NCBI GenBank assembly: GCA_900617105.1
Contig: UYFQ01000001.1
Location: 1,550,001-1,614,000, forward strand
DNA: 64,000 nucleotides
Reading direction: 5' to 3'
From: Hydrurus foetidus
Lineage: Eukaryota
In this document: piece after piece, positions 29,643 through 39,129 of the stretch
How the letters are laid out: each line of letters opens with the position of its first letter
How positions within the stretch are numbered: the stretch's first letter is position 1
Made by a program: the position numbers and the translations under genes
The notes under the pieces: model-generated
Seen by the model: only the letters and a program-made list of their open reading frames with translations
The model's database searches: none
Told to the model about the DNA's origin: nothing

Positions 29643-30583
29643 AAAATTAAAAACGCTATGAATACCATCGCTGCTTGCGCCCATAAAAATGCGGCTGCAA
29701 CCACTTTTGATGCCATTTTTAAAGCCAAATCGACATCTGGCGGCGCTGGCGGCCTGCCTGCAGCGTTCAGAACATAAACACCGGGCTTTTGCAGGCGCAC
29801 GCCCAGTGCAAGCGCCATTGCCGCCATCGGCCAGCCGCTGTTGGGCGACGGCGTTTTGCGGGCTTCAACGCTGAGGGTTTTGAAATCAACGCTTTGTGAA
29901 AACAGCTTGAGCAGCAGCGCTGTGATGCGCGCGGGCAACCAGCTCAGCGCATCATCAGCGCGCGCAGCCCACTTGCCCGACCACTCCCAGTTCACGCCGT
30001 TGCGCAGGCCGCGGTAGCCCCACATGGCATCAGCCGTATTGGCAAAGCGGTACAGCGCAGCGCCCGGCAAGCCGAACAGCACAAAATAGAGAATGGGCGC
30101 GACCACAGAGTCGTTCAAGTTTTCAGCCAGCGATTCAATCGCACTCTCGCGCACTTCAGCCTCGCTTAAATTTGCCGTGTCACGACTGACCAAAAAGGCC
30201 AAGCGCTGGCGACCTGCATCCAGCGATTGACTCAAGGCGGCCTCAATTGCACGCACCTCAGACTGCAACATCGCCCAAGCCAGCATCGGTTTAAGCGCCA
30301 GGCCCAAAAGCAAAGCAGCGATGTACCAAGGCAATGCCAAAGCCGCCCATTGCACACCGCAAGACACTATCAAAACAAGAGCTGCTCCCGCCCACCAATA
30401 GGCGGCTGCGAGCCAAAATGACTTCAAATCACGAAGATCAGGAGAGGCTTCAGGCCAAAGTCGCCTGGCAGCCCAGTTCAGGTAATTGCCGATCCACACC
30501 ACCGGGTGCAAATGCATCCTTGGCTCGCCCCACCATCGATCAATCGCTAACGCAATCGCCAACGCGCCGCACCCCGCCAGCAC
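29639..30583 (-). CDS. cbiB: Adenosylcobinamide-phosphate synthase
   Basis: HPVVWIG, VSRDT, ESLAEN, NTADAMWGY, SPNSG. Confidence 0.93.
   Translation of the reverse strand: MLAGCGALAIALAIDRWWGEPRMHLHPVVWIGNYLNWAARRLWPEASPDLRDLKSFWLAAAYWWAGAALVLIVSCGVQWAALALPWYIAALLLGLALKPMLAWAMLQSEVRAIEAALSQSLDAGRQRLAFLVSRDTANLSEAEVRESAIESLAENLNDSVVAPILYFVLFGLPGAALYRFANTADAMWGYRGLRNGVNWEWSGKWAARADDALSWLPARITALLLKLFSQSVDFKTLSVEARKTPSPNSGWPMAAMALALGVRLQKPGVYVLNAAGRPPAPPDVDLALKMASKVVAAAFLWAQAAMVFIAFLIL
29654..29702 (+). repeat. 49-bp dispersed motif, copy 8 (in frame in the cbiB C-terminal TM)
   Basis: cgctat-gaatacc-atcgc-tgct-tgcgcc-cataaaaatg-cggctgcaacc. Confidence 0.75.
30365..30413 (+). repeat. 49-bp dispersed motif, copy 9 (in frame in a cbiB TM)
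   Basis: cactat-caaaaca-agagc-tgct-cccgcc-caccaatagg-cggctgcgagc (more degenerate). Confidence 0.6.
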
Positions 30584-30585
30584 GC

Positions 30586-31179
30586 TCAGTCCTCTATTCC
30601 GCGCTGGGCCGGTATGCCGTCTTTGAACGCGTGCTTGACCATGGTCATTTCAGTCACGGTGTCGGCCAGCTCAATAATCTCGGGCGGGCAGCGGCGACCA
30701 GTGATGACGACGTGGGTATGCGAGGGCCGGTCAAAGAGCGTTTGCACCACTTCTTCAACGCCGCCGAGTGGCTCCATCCAGCCGTAAATCAGCGGGTAAG
30801 TAAATTCATCCAGCACCACCATGAAGTACTCGCCACTTTGAATGGTGGCCTTGGCTTTTAGCCAGCCATCACGCGCAATTTGGCCCGAACGCTCGATGTC
30901 TTGACTTTTCCAGCTGAAGCCGTCGCCCAGCCCTTCAATGGGTATGCCGAGCTGCTCAAACATGCGGTGCTCGCCAAAGCGGGCGGTGGGCACTTTCATG
31001 AACTGAAAAATTTTGATTTTCTTGTTGTGCACATGCGTGCGGCCAAATGCCCGCAGCGCCAAGCCAAACGCCGCCGTGCTTTTGCCCTTGCCGTCGCCCG
31101 TGTTCACAATAAGCAAGCCGCGCCGCTCACCGTCGGGTTTTTCGTAGGGCTTGTCGGTCGGTGGTGTTTCAATTTGCAT
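30586..31179 (-). CDS. cobO: Cob(I)yrinic acid a,c-diamide adenosyltransferase
   Basis: [27 protein letters not shown]. Confidence 0.95.
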   Translation of the reverse strand: MQIETPPTDKPYEKPDGERRGLLIVNTGDGKGKSTAAFGLALRAFGRTHVHNKKIKIFQFMKVPTARFGEHRMFEQLGIPIEGLGDGFSWKSQDIERSGQIARDGWLKAKATIQSGEYFMVVLDEFTYPLIYGWMEPLGGVEEVVQTLFDRPSHTHVVITGRRCPPEIIELADTVTEMTMVKHAFKDGIPAQRGIED

Positions 31180-31241
31180 AATGCATGCCCTAATTTCTAA
31201 TTTTTTTCCTAATTGGGGTCAGACTCCAATTAATTTCAGCT

Positions 31242-32033
31242 TTAAATTCTTGGCAAAGCCACCCATTGCCCCGCTAATAGGTGCACGGCGATTCGCTCGT
31301 CGAACACTTGTTCAATCGCTCGGTGGCTGACACCGGCGCTGCACAGGCCTTGGTGCTTGATGCAACCGTTGGCCATCACCACCACCTCATCGGCCTGCAG
31401 CGCGAATGAAATTTCATGCAGCACGCTGATGACGGTTTTACCGCTGGCCACCAGCGCTTTGACCAGCAGCAACCAATCGGTTTGGTGGGGCGGGTCCAGG
31501 TTGGCCAGCGGCTCGTCCATCAGCAGAACTTCAGCCTCAACCGCCAGCGCGCGCGCCAGCAATACACGTTGCCTTTCACCACCCGACAACTGGCCGAGCG
31601 CCCTGCCCCGCCAGTCCCACGCCTGGGTTGAGCGCAGCGCTTTTTCAACCGCCGCATGATCGGCCGCGCTGGCGGGCGCCAGCCACGGCTGATGGGGCAG
31701 CCGGCCCAGCATGGTGACGTCATAGGCAGTCAAGTCGTCGGCGGTTGCTTCGCTTTGGCCCAGCCACGACATCTGCCGCGCGCGCTGCTTGGCAGGCAAA
31801 TTTTGAGCGGGATGGCCGAGCAATTCGGTAGCGCCCGAAAAGGGAGTCAACCCCGCCAGCACTTTGAGTAGAGTCGATTTGCCGGCACCGTTGGGGCCGA
31901 CGATGCTGGTCCAGCGGGCGCGCGGGAAAGTGACGGAAATATCGCTTAAAACCTCGACATTTCCGAGCCTAGCCCCTATTTTATGGGCGCGAGCAGCTAT
32001 TGAATACATAGCAATACTCAAAGGTTTTGTCAT
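31242..32033 (-). CDS. ABC transporter ATPase (BtuD/FecE-like)
   Basis: GPNGAGKS, LSGGE, MDEP; start trimmed to the ATG overlapping the permease stop. Confidence 0.9.
   Translation of the reverse strand: MTKPLSIAMYSIAARAHKIGARLGNVEVLSDISVTFPRARWTSIVGPNGAGKSTLLKVLAGLTPFSGATELLGHPAQNLPAKQRARQMSWLGQSEATADDLTAYDVTMLGRLPHQPWLAPASAADHAAVEKALRSTQAWDWRGRALGQLSGGERQRVLLARALAVEAEVLLMDEPLANLDPPHQTDWLLLVKALVASGKTVISVLHEISFALQADEVVVMANGCIKHQGLCSAGVSHRAIEQVFDERIAVHLLAGQWVALPRI
31965..32013 (-). repeat. 49-bp dispersed motif, copy 10 (in frame in the ABC ATPase N-terminus)
   Basis: revcomp tgctat-gtattca-atagc-tgct-cgcgcc-cataaaatag-gggctaggctc. Confidence 0.88.
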
Positions 32034-33049
32034 AACCCGGCTCCGCGCCCCGTCTGCCGGTGCATCAGCCACAGCAAGTAGCCGCCGCCCAGCACGGCGG
32101 TGAGTACGCCGACCGGTAATTCTTGCGGCGCCACTAACCAGCGGGCCAGCACGTCGGCTGCAGCCAGCAATACCGCGCCCATCAAACTGGACAACACAAT
32201 CAAACGGCCGTGCGTGGTTTTCACCACTGACCGCACCAAGTGCGGTGCAGCCAGCCCGACAAATGCAATCAGGCCGGTTTGCGCCACAGCTGTGCCGGTG
32301 GCCAGTGCAAGTACGGCGACCAGTGCGGCACGCATCAACGGCAGTTGCAGGCCCAGGCTTTGCGCAGTGGCTTCGCCCAGCGCCAGGCCGTCGAGCACAT
32401 GGCTCATGAGCCAGGCCGCCAGCAAACTCAATGCCAATGCACCCGCCATGACGGCGCAGGCGGTCCAGCCCACGAAAGCCGTAGTGCCCAACATAAAGCC
32501 TTGCATGGCCTGCATGATGTCCGGCGTGAGCAGCAAAATCAATGACGTCACTGCCCCCAGCACCACGCCCACTACAACACCTGCCAACAACAAGCGCAGC
32601 GTGTGTTGTACGCCTTTGGCCAGCAGCAGTGTCAGCAGCACCGCCGCGACTGCGCCAGTAAACGCAGCGCCGGTCAAGCCCAACCGCACCGCCCACTGCG
32701 TTGCCACCGGCGACACGCCAAAAAGCGCCATGCAAAGCGCCACGCCTAACGACGCGCCCGATGCACTGCCCAGTAAATACGGGTCAGCCAGCGGATTGCG
32801 AAACAGCCCTTGCGCTACTGCGCCCGCCAGGCCCAGCAACGCGCCTGCCAGGTACGCGCCCAGCGTGCGCGGTAAGCGAATGTCGCGCACTATAAGCAAT
32901 GCTTGGGCGTCGTTCTGCATGGCCAGCACGCTCTCAAACCCCATGCTTCCCACGGCGGTGCCGAGCAATACCAGAAGGCTGGAAGCCACCAGCAGCATGA
33001 GCAGCAACACGCTGGAGCGGCGCGCCAAATGGCCAGCTGCATCGCTCAT
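32030..33049 (-). CDS. ABC permease (BtuC/FecCD family)
   Basis: IRLPR, QGLFRNPLADP, IAFVGL..PH, ELPVG. Confidence 0.92.
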   Translation of the reverse strand: MSDAAGHLARRSSVLLLMLLVASSLLVLLGTAVGSMGFESVLAMQNDAQALLIVRDIRLPRTLGAYLAGALLGLAGAVAQGLFRNPLADPYLLGSASGASLGVALCMALFGVSPVATQWAVRLGLTGAAFTGAVAAVLLTLLLAKGVQHTLRLLLAGVVVGVVLGAVTSLILLLTPDIMQAMQGFMLGTTAFVGWTACAVMAGALALSLLAAWLMSHVLDGLALGEATAQSLGLQLPLMRAALVAVLALATGTAVAQTGLIAFVGLAAPHLVRSVVKTTHGRLIVLSSLMGAVLLAAADVLARWLVAPQELPVGVLTAVLGGGYLLWLMHRQTGRGAGL

Positions 33050-33924
33050 TTGGTTTTGCCTTCAAGGCAGCGCGCCATAATGCGTGCCGCCTCTGCCATG
33101 CGCGGGCCAGGGCGCACCAGCACGTCTGAGTCTTGGCGGTCAAAAATACACACCCGCTGGTTTTTAACTGCCTTCAAGCTGCCCCAGCCGGGAAACATGG
33201 CCATGGCCAACATGCTGGCGTTGCTGCCCATAATGACGTCTGGATTGGCCCGCACAATGAATTCGGGGCTCAATTTTGGGAACGGCCCCAGCTTGGCCGC
33301 AATCACGTTTTTGGCACCCAGCCGGGTCAGCGTTTCGCCAATAAAAGATGACTCACCCGCGCCGTACTGACCGCGGCTGACTTCAAAAAACACCCGCAAA
33401 TTGCGCGACTGTGCAGGCAGTGATTGCGCTGCCGCCGACACGGCGCTGTCAATTTCCCGCCACAAGCGATCGGCACCCTGCGCGTCGGGCACCCCCAGCA
33501 ACGTGCCCAACACACGCAGCACCCGCTGCACATCGGCATGGGTTTTGGTCTCTAGCGCCACCACTTTTATGCCGAGCGACTCCAGTCGTTCAGTCGAGCG
33601 GGACTTGTTGGAAACCAGCACCACATCTGGCCGCAGCGCCACGATCGCCTCGATGTTGGGGTCCAGGCCGCCGCCCAGCTTAGGCAGATTTTTAAGGCTG
33701 TCGGGGAAATTGGAATAACGATCTACACCCACCAGGCGATGGCACTGCTCCATTGCGCAAACGCTTTCTGTGAGTGACGGCAACATGCTGACAATGCGCT
33801 GCGGCGTTTGCGCAAACGTGATGGGCACGCCCCGGTCATCCGTTACTTGCAGGGCATGCACCGGGCTGATTCCACAGCCGCAGATCCACATCAGCCAGCA
33901 CCTCACCGCGATTTTCCAAGTCAC
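33046..33924 (-). CDS. Periplasmic cobalamin/Fe-siderophore-type binding protein (BtuF-like)
   Basis: PQRIVSMLPSLTE, PNIEAIVALRPD, RPGPR. Confidence 0.88.
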   Translation of the reverse strand: MTWKIAVRCWLMWICGCGISPVHALQVTDDRGVPITFAQTPQRIVSMLPSLTESVCAMEQCHRLVGVDRYSNFPDSLKNLPKLGGGLDPNIEAIVALRPDVVLVSNKSRSTERLESLGIKVVALETKTHADVQRVLRVLGTLLGVPDAQGADRLWREIDSAVSAAAQSLPAQSRNLRVFFEVSRGQYGAGESSFIGETLTRLGAKNVIAAKLGPFPKLSPEFIVRANPDVIMGSNASMLAMAMFPGWGSLKAVKNQRVCIFDRQDSDVLVRPGPRMAEAARIMARCLEGKTK

Positions 33925-34535
33925 AGTTGCCCCTTCAAAAATAACGGCAAACCAGCGGCCATGAACGTCACCCGCTCACAGGCAGCGGCCACGTCTTGGT
34001 TCAAGCGCCCAAGCGCATCAACGAACGCACGCGTTTCGCGCCCCATCGGGATCACGCCCAGTCCGATCTCATTGCCCACCAAAACAACGGGGCCTGGTGC
34101 CCCCTCAATTGCTATTAAAAGCGTAGCTGCTTGCGCCCGTATTTGTTGGGCTACGTCTTGTTTTAATGCATTTTCTAGGTCATTTTTAGCGTTTTCAGGG
34201 CTATTTTCAGCATTTTCGTGGGGCATCAACAGGTTAGTGAGCCACAACGTCAAACAGTCCACTACCACCAGGGTGTGCGGCTGGCTGTGAGTTTGAATCG
34301 CTTCGCCAAGCTTGATTGGCGCTTCAATTGTTTGCATACCCGGCACGCGCTCAGCGCGGTCCAGTTGGTGACGCGCAATGCGTTCTCGCATCTCGTCGTC
34401 CCACGCCGTTGCAGTGGCGATCAACACCGCTTGGTGGCTAGGGACTAGCGCCAGCCAGTCACGCGCCAGCAGTTCGGCCCGGCGCGACTTGCCGCTGCGC
34501 TGCCCGCCCAAAATAAGTTCGCTACGCGCTTGCAT
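33921..34535 (-). CDS. cobU: Adenosylcobinamide kinase/phosphate guanylyltransferase
   Basis: GGQRSGKS, RIARH, VDCLTLW, NEIGLG, GRLNQ. Confidence 0.93.
   Translation of the reverse strand: MQARSELILGGQRSGKSRRAELLARDWLALVPSHQAVLIATATAWDDEMRERIARHQLDRAERVPGMQTIEAPIKLGEAIQTHSQPHTLVVVDCLTLWLTNLLMPHENAENSPENAKNDLENALKQDVAQQIRAQAATLLIAIEGAPGPVVLVGNEIGLGVIPMGRETRAFVDALGRLNQDVAAACERVTFMAAGLPLFLKGQL
34110..34158 (+). repeat. 49-bp dispersed motif, copy 11 (in frame in cobU)
   Basis: tgctat-taaaagc-gtagc-tgct-tgcgcc-cgtatttgtt-gggctacgtct. Confidence 0.88.
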
Positions 34536-35370
34536 GCAGTTCACTCCAAGCCATGATGATTTTGTGAATCTGCTCAACGCCATCGGTTAGCGCTGCCGGA
34601 CCAGGCTGCAAGATTTCGGCTGACTTGATTTCAAACAACTGGTCGTACCTAACAGCATTCACGTCTTGCCAGCCAGGCCTGGCGCGCACATGCGCAGGCC
34701 GAAACCTCCGGCCACACCAGGAGCCAAAAATAATGTCGGGGTTGCACCGCACAATCTCTGCACCGTCAGCAATGATTCGGGCTTTGCCCATGGGTTCTTT
34801 GGCAAGCTCTGGAAAGCAGTCGTCACCACCCGCGATGCCAATCAACTCAGACACCCAGGCAATAGCGCTGATGTGTGGGTCGTACCATTCTTCAAAAAAA
34901 ACGCGGGGACGGAGCGTCAAAGTACTGGCCGCCGCTTCAATTTGCAGCAGGCGGCTTTGTATGTTGTGTATTAAGGCCAAGCCTTTCTCAAGCTGCCCGA
35001 CCATCGCGGCCAGCTGGTAAAGCATCGAAAAGATTTCAGCCACGCTGCGCTGGTTAAAAATCGTGACCTGAATACCTTTTTTAATCAGCTGCGAAGCAAT
35101 GTCCGCCTGCAGGTCTGAAAAGCCAATTACACAGTCGGGTTGCAATTCAACAATTTTGTCAATCTTGGCACTTGTAAAGGCGCTGACTTTGGGCTTTTCT
35201 TCTCGCGCCCGTGCAGGCCGCACCGTGTAGCCCGATATGCCGACTATGCGCCGCTCTTCGCCCAGCATATAAAGCCATTCGGTGGGCTCTTCTGTCAGGC
35301 AAACGATGCGCTGCGGACCGTAATTTTGGCCAGTTGAATGAGCGCGCCAGTCAGTTGCGTTATTTAGCAT
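34522..35370 (-). CDS. Cobalamin-binding protein family (helical-backbone receptor, no clear signal peptide)
   Basis: PQRIVCLTEE, FSDLQADI, FEEWYDP, ILQPGPAAL. Confidence 0.82.
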   Translation of the reverse strand: MLNNATDWRAHSTGQNYGPQRIVCLTEEPTEWLYMLGEERRIVGISGYTVRPARAREEKPKVSAFTSAKIDKIVELQPDCVIGFSDLQADIASQLIKKGIQVTIFNQRSVAEIFSMLYQLAAMVGQLEKGLALIHNIQSRLLQIEAAASTLTLRPRVFFEEWYDPHISAIAWVSELIGIAGGDDCFPELAKEPMGKARIIADGAEIVRCNPDIIFGSWCGRRFRPAHVRARPGWQDVNAVRYDQLFEIKSAEILQPGPAALTDGVEQIHKIIMAWSELHASA

Positions 35371-36772
35371 GTTGGCCCTTCAAAAACAAACGGGCCGCAG
35401 CTGTTGGGTCAGACCCAAACCAGGCGTGAAAGTAAGTAGCCTTCACTGAGCCGAGCACGTACAACGCTTCGCCTTCACCACGCAACTTGCGGCCTGGCGC
35501 GGCTGCAGTGCGCGCTGCAGCAGGCAGCGTTGTCGCGCAAGTGGAATAGTGAAACGCATGACCCCTCAAAATACTGCCGCCAACTTCAAGCTGCTGCGGC
35601 CCAATGGCTGCCAAGCGTTTTTGCAGCGCCACGCTGCCGGGCAGCACACCCCACATGGGGTAAGTAGCGCCGTCCGCGCACGCTAGCGTTTCAAACAAGG
35701 CCATCATGCCGCCGCATTCAGCCCACACGGGTTTGCCTGCTGCCACATGCGCCGCAATGCTGGTTTTCATCGCCGTGTTATCCGCTATTTTCTGTGCGTG
35801 CAGCTCGGGGTAACCACCCGGCAACCACAGGGCATCACAAGGCGGCAATGCGCTGTTTTGCAGCGGAGAAAAGTAAACAATCTGCGCACCCATGGCTTGC
35901 AAGCAATCAATGTTGGCGGCATAAACAAAGCAAAACGCAGCGTCGCGCGCTACCGCGATGGTTTGGCCAAAAAGCAGCTTGCCATCTTGCTCAGTTTCTG
36001 GCAATAGTACGGCTGCCGTGAGGGCTTTTTGCGGCGCCGGGAAACTCACTGACCAGGCCTGCAAATCATCGTCAGTCATTTTGCCAAGCGGCGTTTCGGC
36101 CAGCGCATCAGCCGCCGCGTCCAGCCTGTCTGCAGCGTCGCTTAACTCGCTGGTCACCACTAAACCCAAATGCCGCTCGGGCAGGGTGAAGGCATCACTG
36201 CGCATCAAAGCACCACGCCACTGCCCGGCATCACGCAGCCCAGCCTCAAGCATTTCGGCATGGCCAGTTGAAGCCACCCGGTTGGCCAACACGCCCGCAA
36301 AGCGCAGGCCTTCCCGGTAGCTTTGCAAGCCCCAGGCTAGCGCCCCAAATGTTCCGGCCATGGCGCTGGCGTCAATCACCACCAACACGGGCAGACCGAA
36401 ACGCTGCGCCAGGTCAGCCGCGCTTGGCTCGCCATCAAACAGCCCCATGACGCCTTCGACAATGATGAGGTCTGCCTCAAGCGCGGCAGCATGCAGGCGT
36501 GATGCGCAGTCATGCTCGCCAGTCATCCACAAGTCCAGCTGGTGCACCGGCGCGCTGCTGGCCAGTGCCAGCCAGTGCGGATCTAAAAAATCAGGCCCGC
36601 ACTTGAAGACCCGAACCCGCTTGCCGCGCCGAACGTACAGGCGGGCCAGCGCGCAAGCCACCGTGGTCTTGCCTTGCCCAGACGCGGGCGCAGCAACCAG
36701 AACAGCGGGGCATCTGGCGGGCTCGCCCATCACTTTTGCGGCCTGCGATGGCGCGGGAGCGATGTCGCGCAT
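35360..36772 (-). CDS. cobB: Cobyrinate a,c-diamide synthase
   Basis: SGQGKTT, KCGPDFLDP, EGVMGLFDG, PERHLGL, GGYPE, AECGG. Confidence 0.93.
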   Translation of the reverse strand: MRDIAPAPSQAAKVMGEPARCPAVLVAAPASGQGKTTVACALARLYVRRGKRVRVFKCGPDFLDPHWLALASSAPVHQLDLWMTGEHDCASRLHAAALEADLIIVEGVMGLFDGEPSAADLAQRFGLPVLVVIDASAMAGTFGALAWGLQSYREGLRFAGVLANRVASTGHAEMLEAGLRDAGQWRGALMRSDAFTLPERHLGLVVTSELSDAADRLDAAADALAETPLGKMTDDDLQAWSVSFPAPQKALTAAVLLPETEQDGKLLFGQTIAVARDAAFCFVYAANIDCLQAMGAQIVYFSPLQNSALPPCDALWLPGGYPELHAQKIADNTAMKTSIAAHVAAGKPVWAECGGMMALFETLACADGATYPMWGVLPGSVALQKRLAAIGPQQLEVGGSILRGHAFHYSTCATTLPAAARTAAAPGRKLRGEGEALYVLGSVKATYFHAWFGSDPTAAARLFLKGQHAK

Positions 36773-36779
36773 ACGTTGC

Positions 36780-38690
36780 CTATTGAAGCTTGTAAGACAC
36801 AGAAGCAAACATATTAAAGCCCGGCGTTGAGTACCCGTTGGCCAGCGTGTACTGCTTGTCAAGCAAGTTATTGATGCGAAGCAAGAACGATACGTTTTTG
36901 TTCAGTGCGTAAGTACCGCCAAGGTTAAACGTGCTGTAGCCAGGCAAGTCGTCACGCCCCGTGCCCACCACTTTTGCGTCTACCCGCTTGCTGGACAACT
37001 TCCACTCGCCAAACACGTCCACATCGCCAAAGCTGCGGCCTACCCGCGCATTGAGCACGTTGCGCGCTACTCGAACAAACTGCAAATTGTTTGACGCAGG
37101 AATCGTCGAAAAAGTACGCGGGTCGGCGTAGTCATAAGACACGCTGTAAGTCAGGTCGCCGACGGCGTTGTCTGCCGTCAGCGTAGCGCCGCGCAGCTCC
37201 GCAGATGACGTTTGTACGTTGGTCGACGGCACGATGAAACCTTTAATTACGTTGTGATAGACCACCGCACCCATCGCCAATGATCCGACGTTGTACTTAA
37301 CGCCAAATTCTTTGGCTTTGTTGCGTTGCGGCTGTAGAGTGGGGACACCAAAACCTGGAAAGTACAAAGAGTTAAAGCTCGGCGCTTCAAAACTTGTGCC
37401 TACGCTGGCGACGACACGTAACGCATCAGTCAATCGATAGCCGCCTGACAACGCCCAGTTGCTGAAACTGCCGAACTGAGAGTTTTTGTCTTTGCGAACA
37501 ACAACCAAAGCATTGAAGTCTTTTTTATTCAAGGCGTACGAGGCTACGGCGCTGCGCACGCTTCGGTCGCTAACTTTGTACAGCGTCGTGCTGTCTACCG
37601 CTTCTTCGCGCTTTTCCAAAATCAGGGACAGCACGTCTTTGCCGATTGCAATGTCGTTTTGCCAGGTGATTTGTTGACGCTCGGTGTTGAACTTGCCAGA
37701 CGCCCCGAAAACGCCCGTATCAAGGCGTTGGTAGCGCGTTACTGACTCATCGGTGCTGCTGCCAACGGTCAACGTAGATTTCCAAGCCTCGAGCCACTGG
37801 GCTTGCCAATTGAACGTGACATTTTTCAAAGCCAGTTCGCCCGTGGCATCCCAGCGCAGAGCGCTTACGGCACCGGGGTTTGGGGAAGGCCGCCCGTCAA
37901 ACTGGTTGTTCGTCTTGCTTTGCAAAAGCGACAAGGTAAACAGATGATCTTTGTGCACCTGTGCTGTCAGTTTGGCATCAAAACTCGTGCTCTTGAAGGC
38001 GTCATCGTCCGGATTAAAGCTGTTGGACAGAGAGTTGTTAATTGTGCTGATACCGGCCGCTTCTTCACGCGATACACCCACGCTGTAGCCGATAGGCCCC
38101 ATACTGCCGCGCGCTGACAGACCCCGGCTAAGCAAACCATCGAAGCCAACGCCAAAGTTGGCCGTTGCTTCGAGTTTTTCGGTCGGTGCACGCGTAAAAA
38201 TCTGAATCACACCGCCCACCGCGTCCGGCCCATACAGCGCAGAAGCCGCGCCGCGCAGCACCTCGATGCGCTCAATGCGATCAAGCGGCATGTTTTCATA
38301 CGACGCCCCGCCGCTGGTGGCAGCACCCACCCGCACGCCATCAATCAGCACAATCGTCTGGCGGCTGACGGCGCCTCTCAAAAAGATCCCACTGCTTGAA
38401 CGATAACTGCCATTGGATGAAAACTGCACACCTGGCAGCTGCGCCAACACGTCGCGCAGCGAGCTTGGGCCGGCTTTGTCTAGCGTCTCACGCGTCACGA
38501 TTGACACGTCGGCGAGCACGTCGGTAATCGGCACCGCAATCCGGCTGGCAGTTACCACGGTTTCGGGCAGTGCCGCCACTGGCGTCGCTGTCGACGCGGG
38601 CCCAGTTTGAGCAAACAAATTTGTCGAGAATGCGGCAGCCAACGCCAGCGGAAGTGCGGCAAAGCGCACCGGGCAAGTAGAAATTTTCAT
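36780..38690 (-). CDS. TonB-dependent receptor 1 (BtuB-like)
   Basis: ETVVTASR TonB box, LIDGVR, RIEVLRG..LYG plug; downstream of a cobalamin riboswitch. Confidence 0.9.
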   Translation of the reverse strand: MKISTCPVRFAALPLALAAAFSTNLFAQTGPASTATPVAALPETVVTASRIAVPITDVLADVSIVTRETLDKAGPSSLRDVLAQLPGVQFSSNGSYRSSSGIFLRGAVSRQTIVLIDGVRVGAATSGGASYENMPLDRIERIEVLRGAASALYGPDAVGGVIQIFTRAPTEKLEATANFGVGFDGLLSRGLSARGSMGPIGYSVGVSREEAAGISTINNSLSNSFNPDDDAFKSTSFDAKLTAQVHKDHLFTLSLLQSKTNNQFDGRPSPNPGAVSALRWDATGELALKNVTFNWQAQWLEAWKSTLTVGSSTDESVTRYQRLDTGVFGASGKFNTERQQITWQNDIAIGKDVLSLILEKREEAVDSTTLYKVSDRSVRSAVASYALNKKDFNALVVVRKDKNSQFGSFSNWALSGGYRLTDALRVVASVGTSFEAPSFNSLYFPGFGVPTLQPQRNKAKEFGVKYNVGSLAMGAVVYHNVIKGFIVPSTNVQTSSAELRGATLTADNAVGDLTYSVSYDYADPRTFSTIPASNNLQFVRVARNVLNARVGRSFGDVDVFGEWKLSSKRVDAKVVGTGRDDLPGYSTFNLGGTYALNKNVSFLLRINNLLDKQYTLANGYSTPGFNMFASVSYKLQ

Positions 38691-38710
38691 GAGTAAAACC
38701 ATCAACGAAC

Positions 38711-39040
38711 AAACTCTCACCGGCATCCCCGCCAGTGCATGAGCGACAAGACGACGCGCTTTTTTCAAAGCGCAGCATCACCTTGTTGGCCGGTATCCGG
38801 GCTGACGGAACTGCTTTCATCGCCTTCCCAAGTGATTTTTAAAGTCACTCAGTGGCTGAGGATGAAGGCTGAAAGCACGACCTTGGACAGGCGTGCTTTC
38901 GTCCGTTTTACCGTTGCGGGGGCAGCGCAGGTTAAAAGGCATCGCGTACTTGGCACCGGTTAAACCGGAATAAAGTCGCGCTTGCCTCCTCCTGCTTCCC
39001 GTTGAACTGCAGCGTGTGAACCACACCGCGAGCACCAACA
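38711..39040. repeat. 330-bp direct repeat, copy A
   Basis: Reads identical to 41118-41447 (offset 2407). Confidence 0.95.
38784..39040 (-). promoter_or_regulatory. Cobalamin riboswitch 1
   Basis: Minus strand: tgttgg..ccaaca closing stem, GGGAA, CTGCCCCCGCAACGGT, GCCACTG..GGGAAGG, AGCCCGGATACCGGCC B12-box. Confidence 0.93.
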
Positions 39041-39079
39041 GCGCGGATTCTACGCTGGAGCAAGCAGCGAACCTCGTAC

Positions 39080-39120
39080 GTGTCGAGCAGATTGCATGCC
39101 GAATTGATCGGCTGCTGCTG
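39080..39120 (+). pseudogene. Diverged 5' stub of the zapB-like gene
   Basis: Encodes VEQIACRIDRLLL versus IEQITDRVDRLLL in the intact gene at 41498. Confidence 0.65.
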
Positions 39121-39129
39121 CCGAGCGCG

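Noticed and set aside
32100..33080. Long antisense ORFs (e.g. 326 aa here; also 60780-61655 and 26466-27161)
   Set aside because: Shadow frames of GC-rich genes with clear family motifs on the other strand
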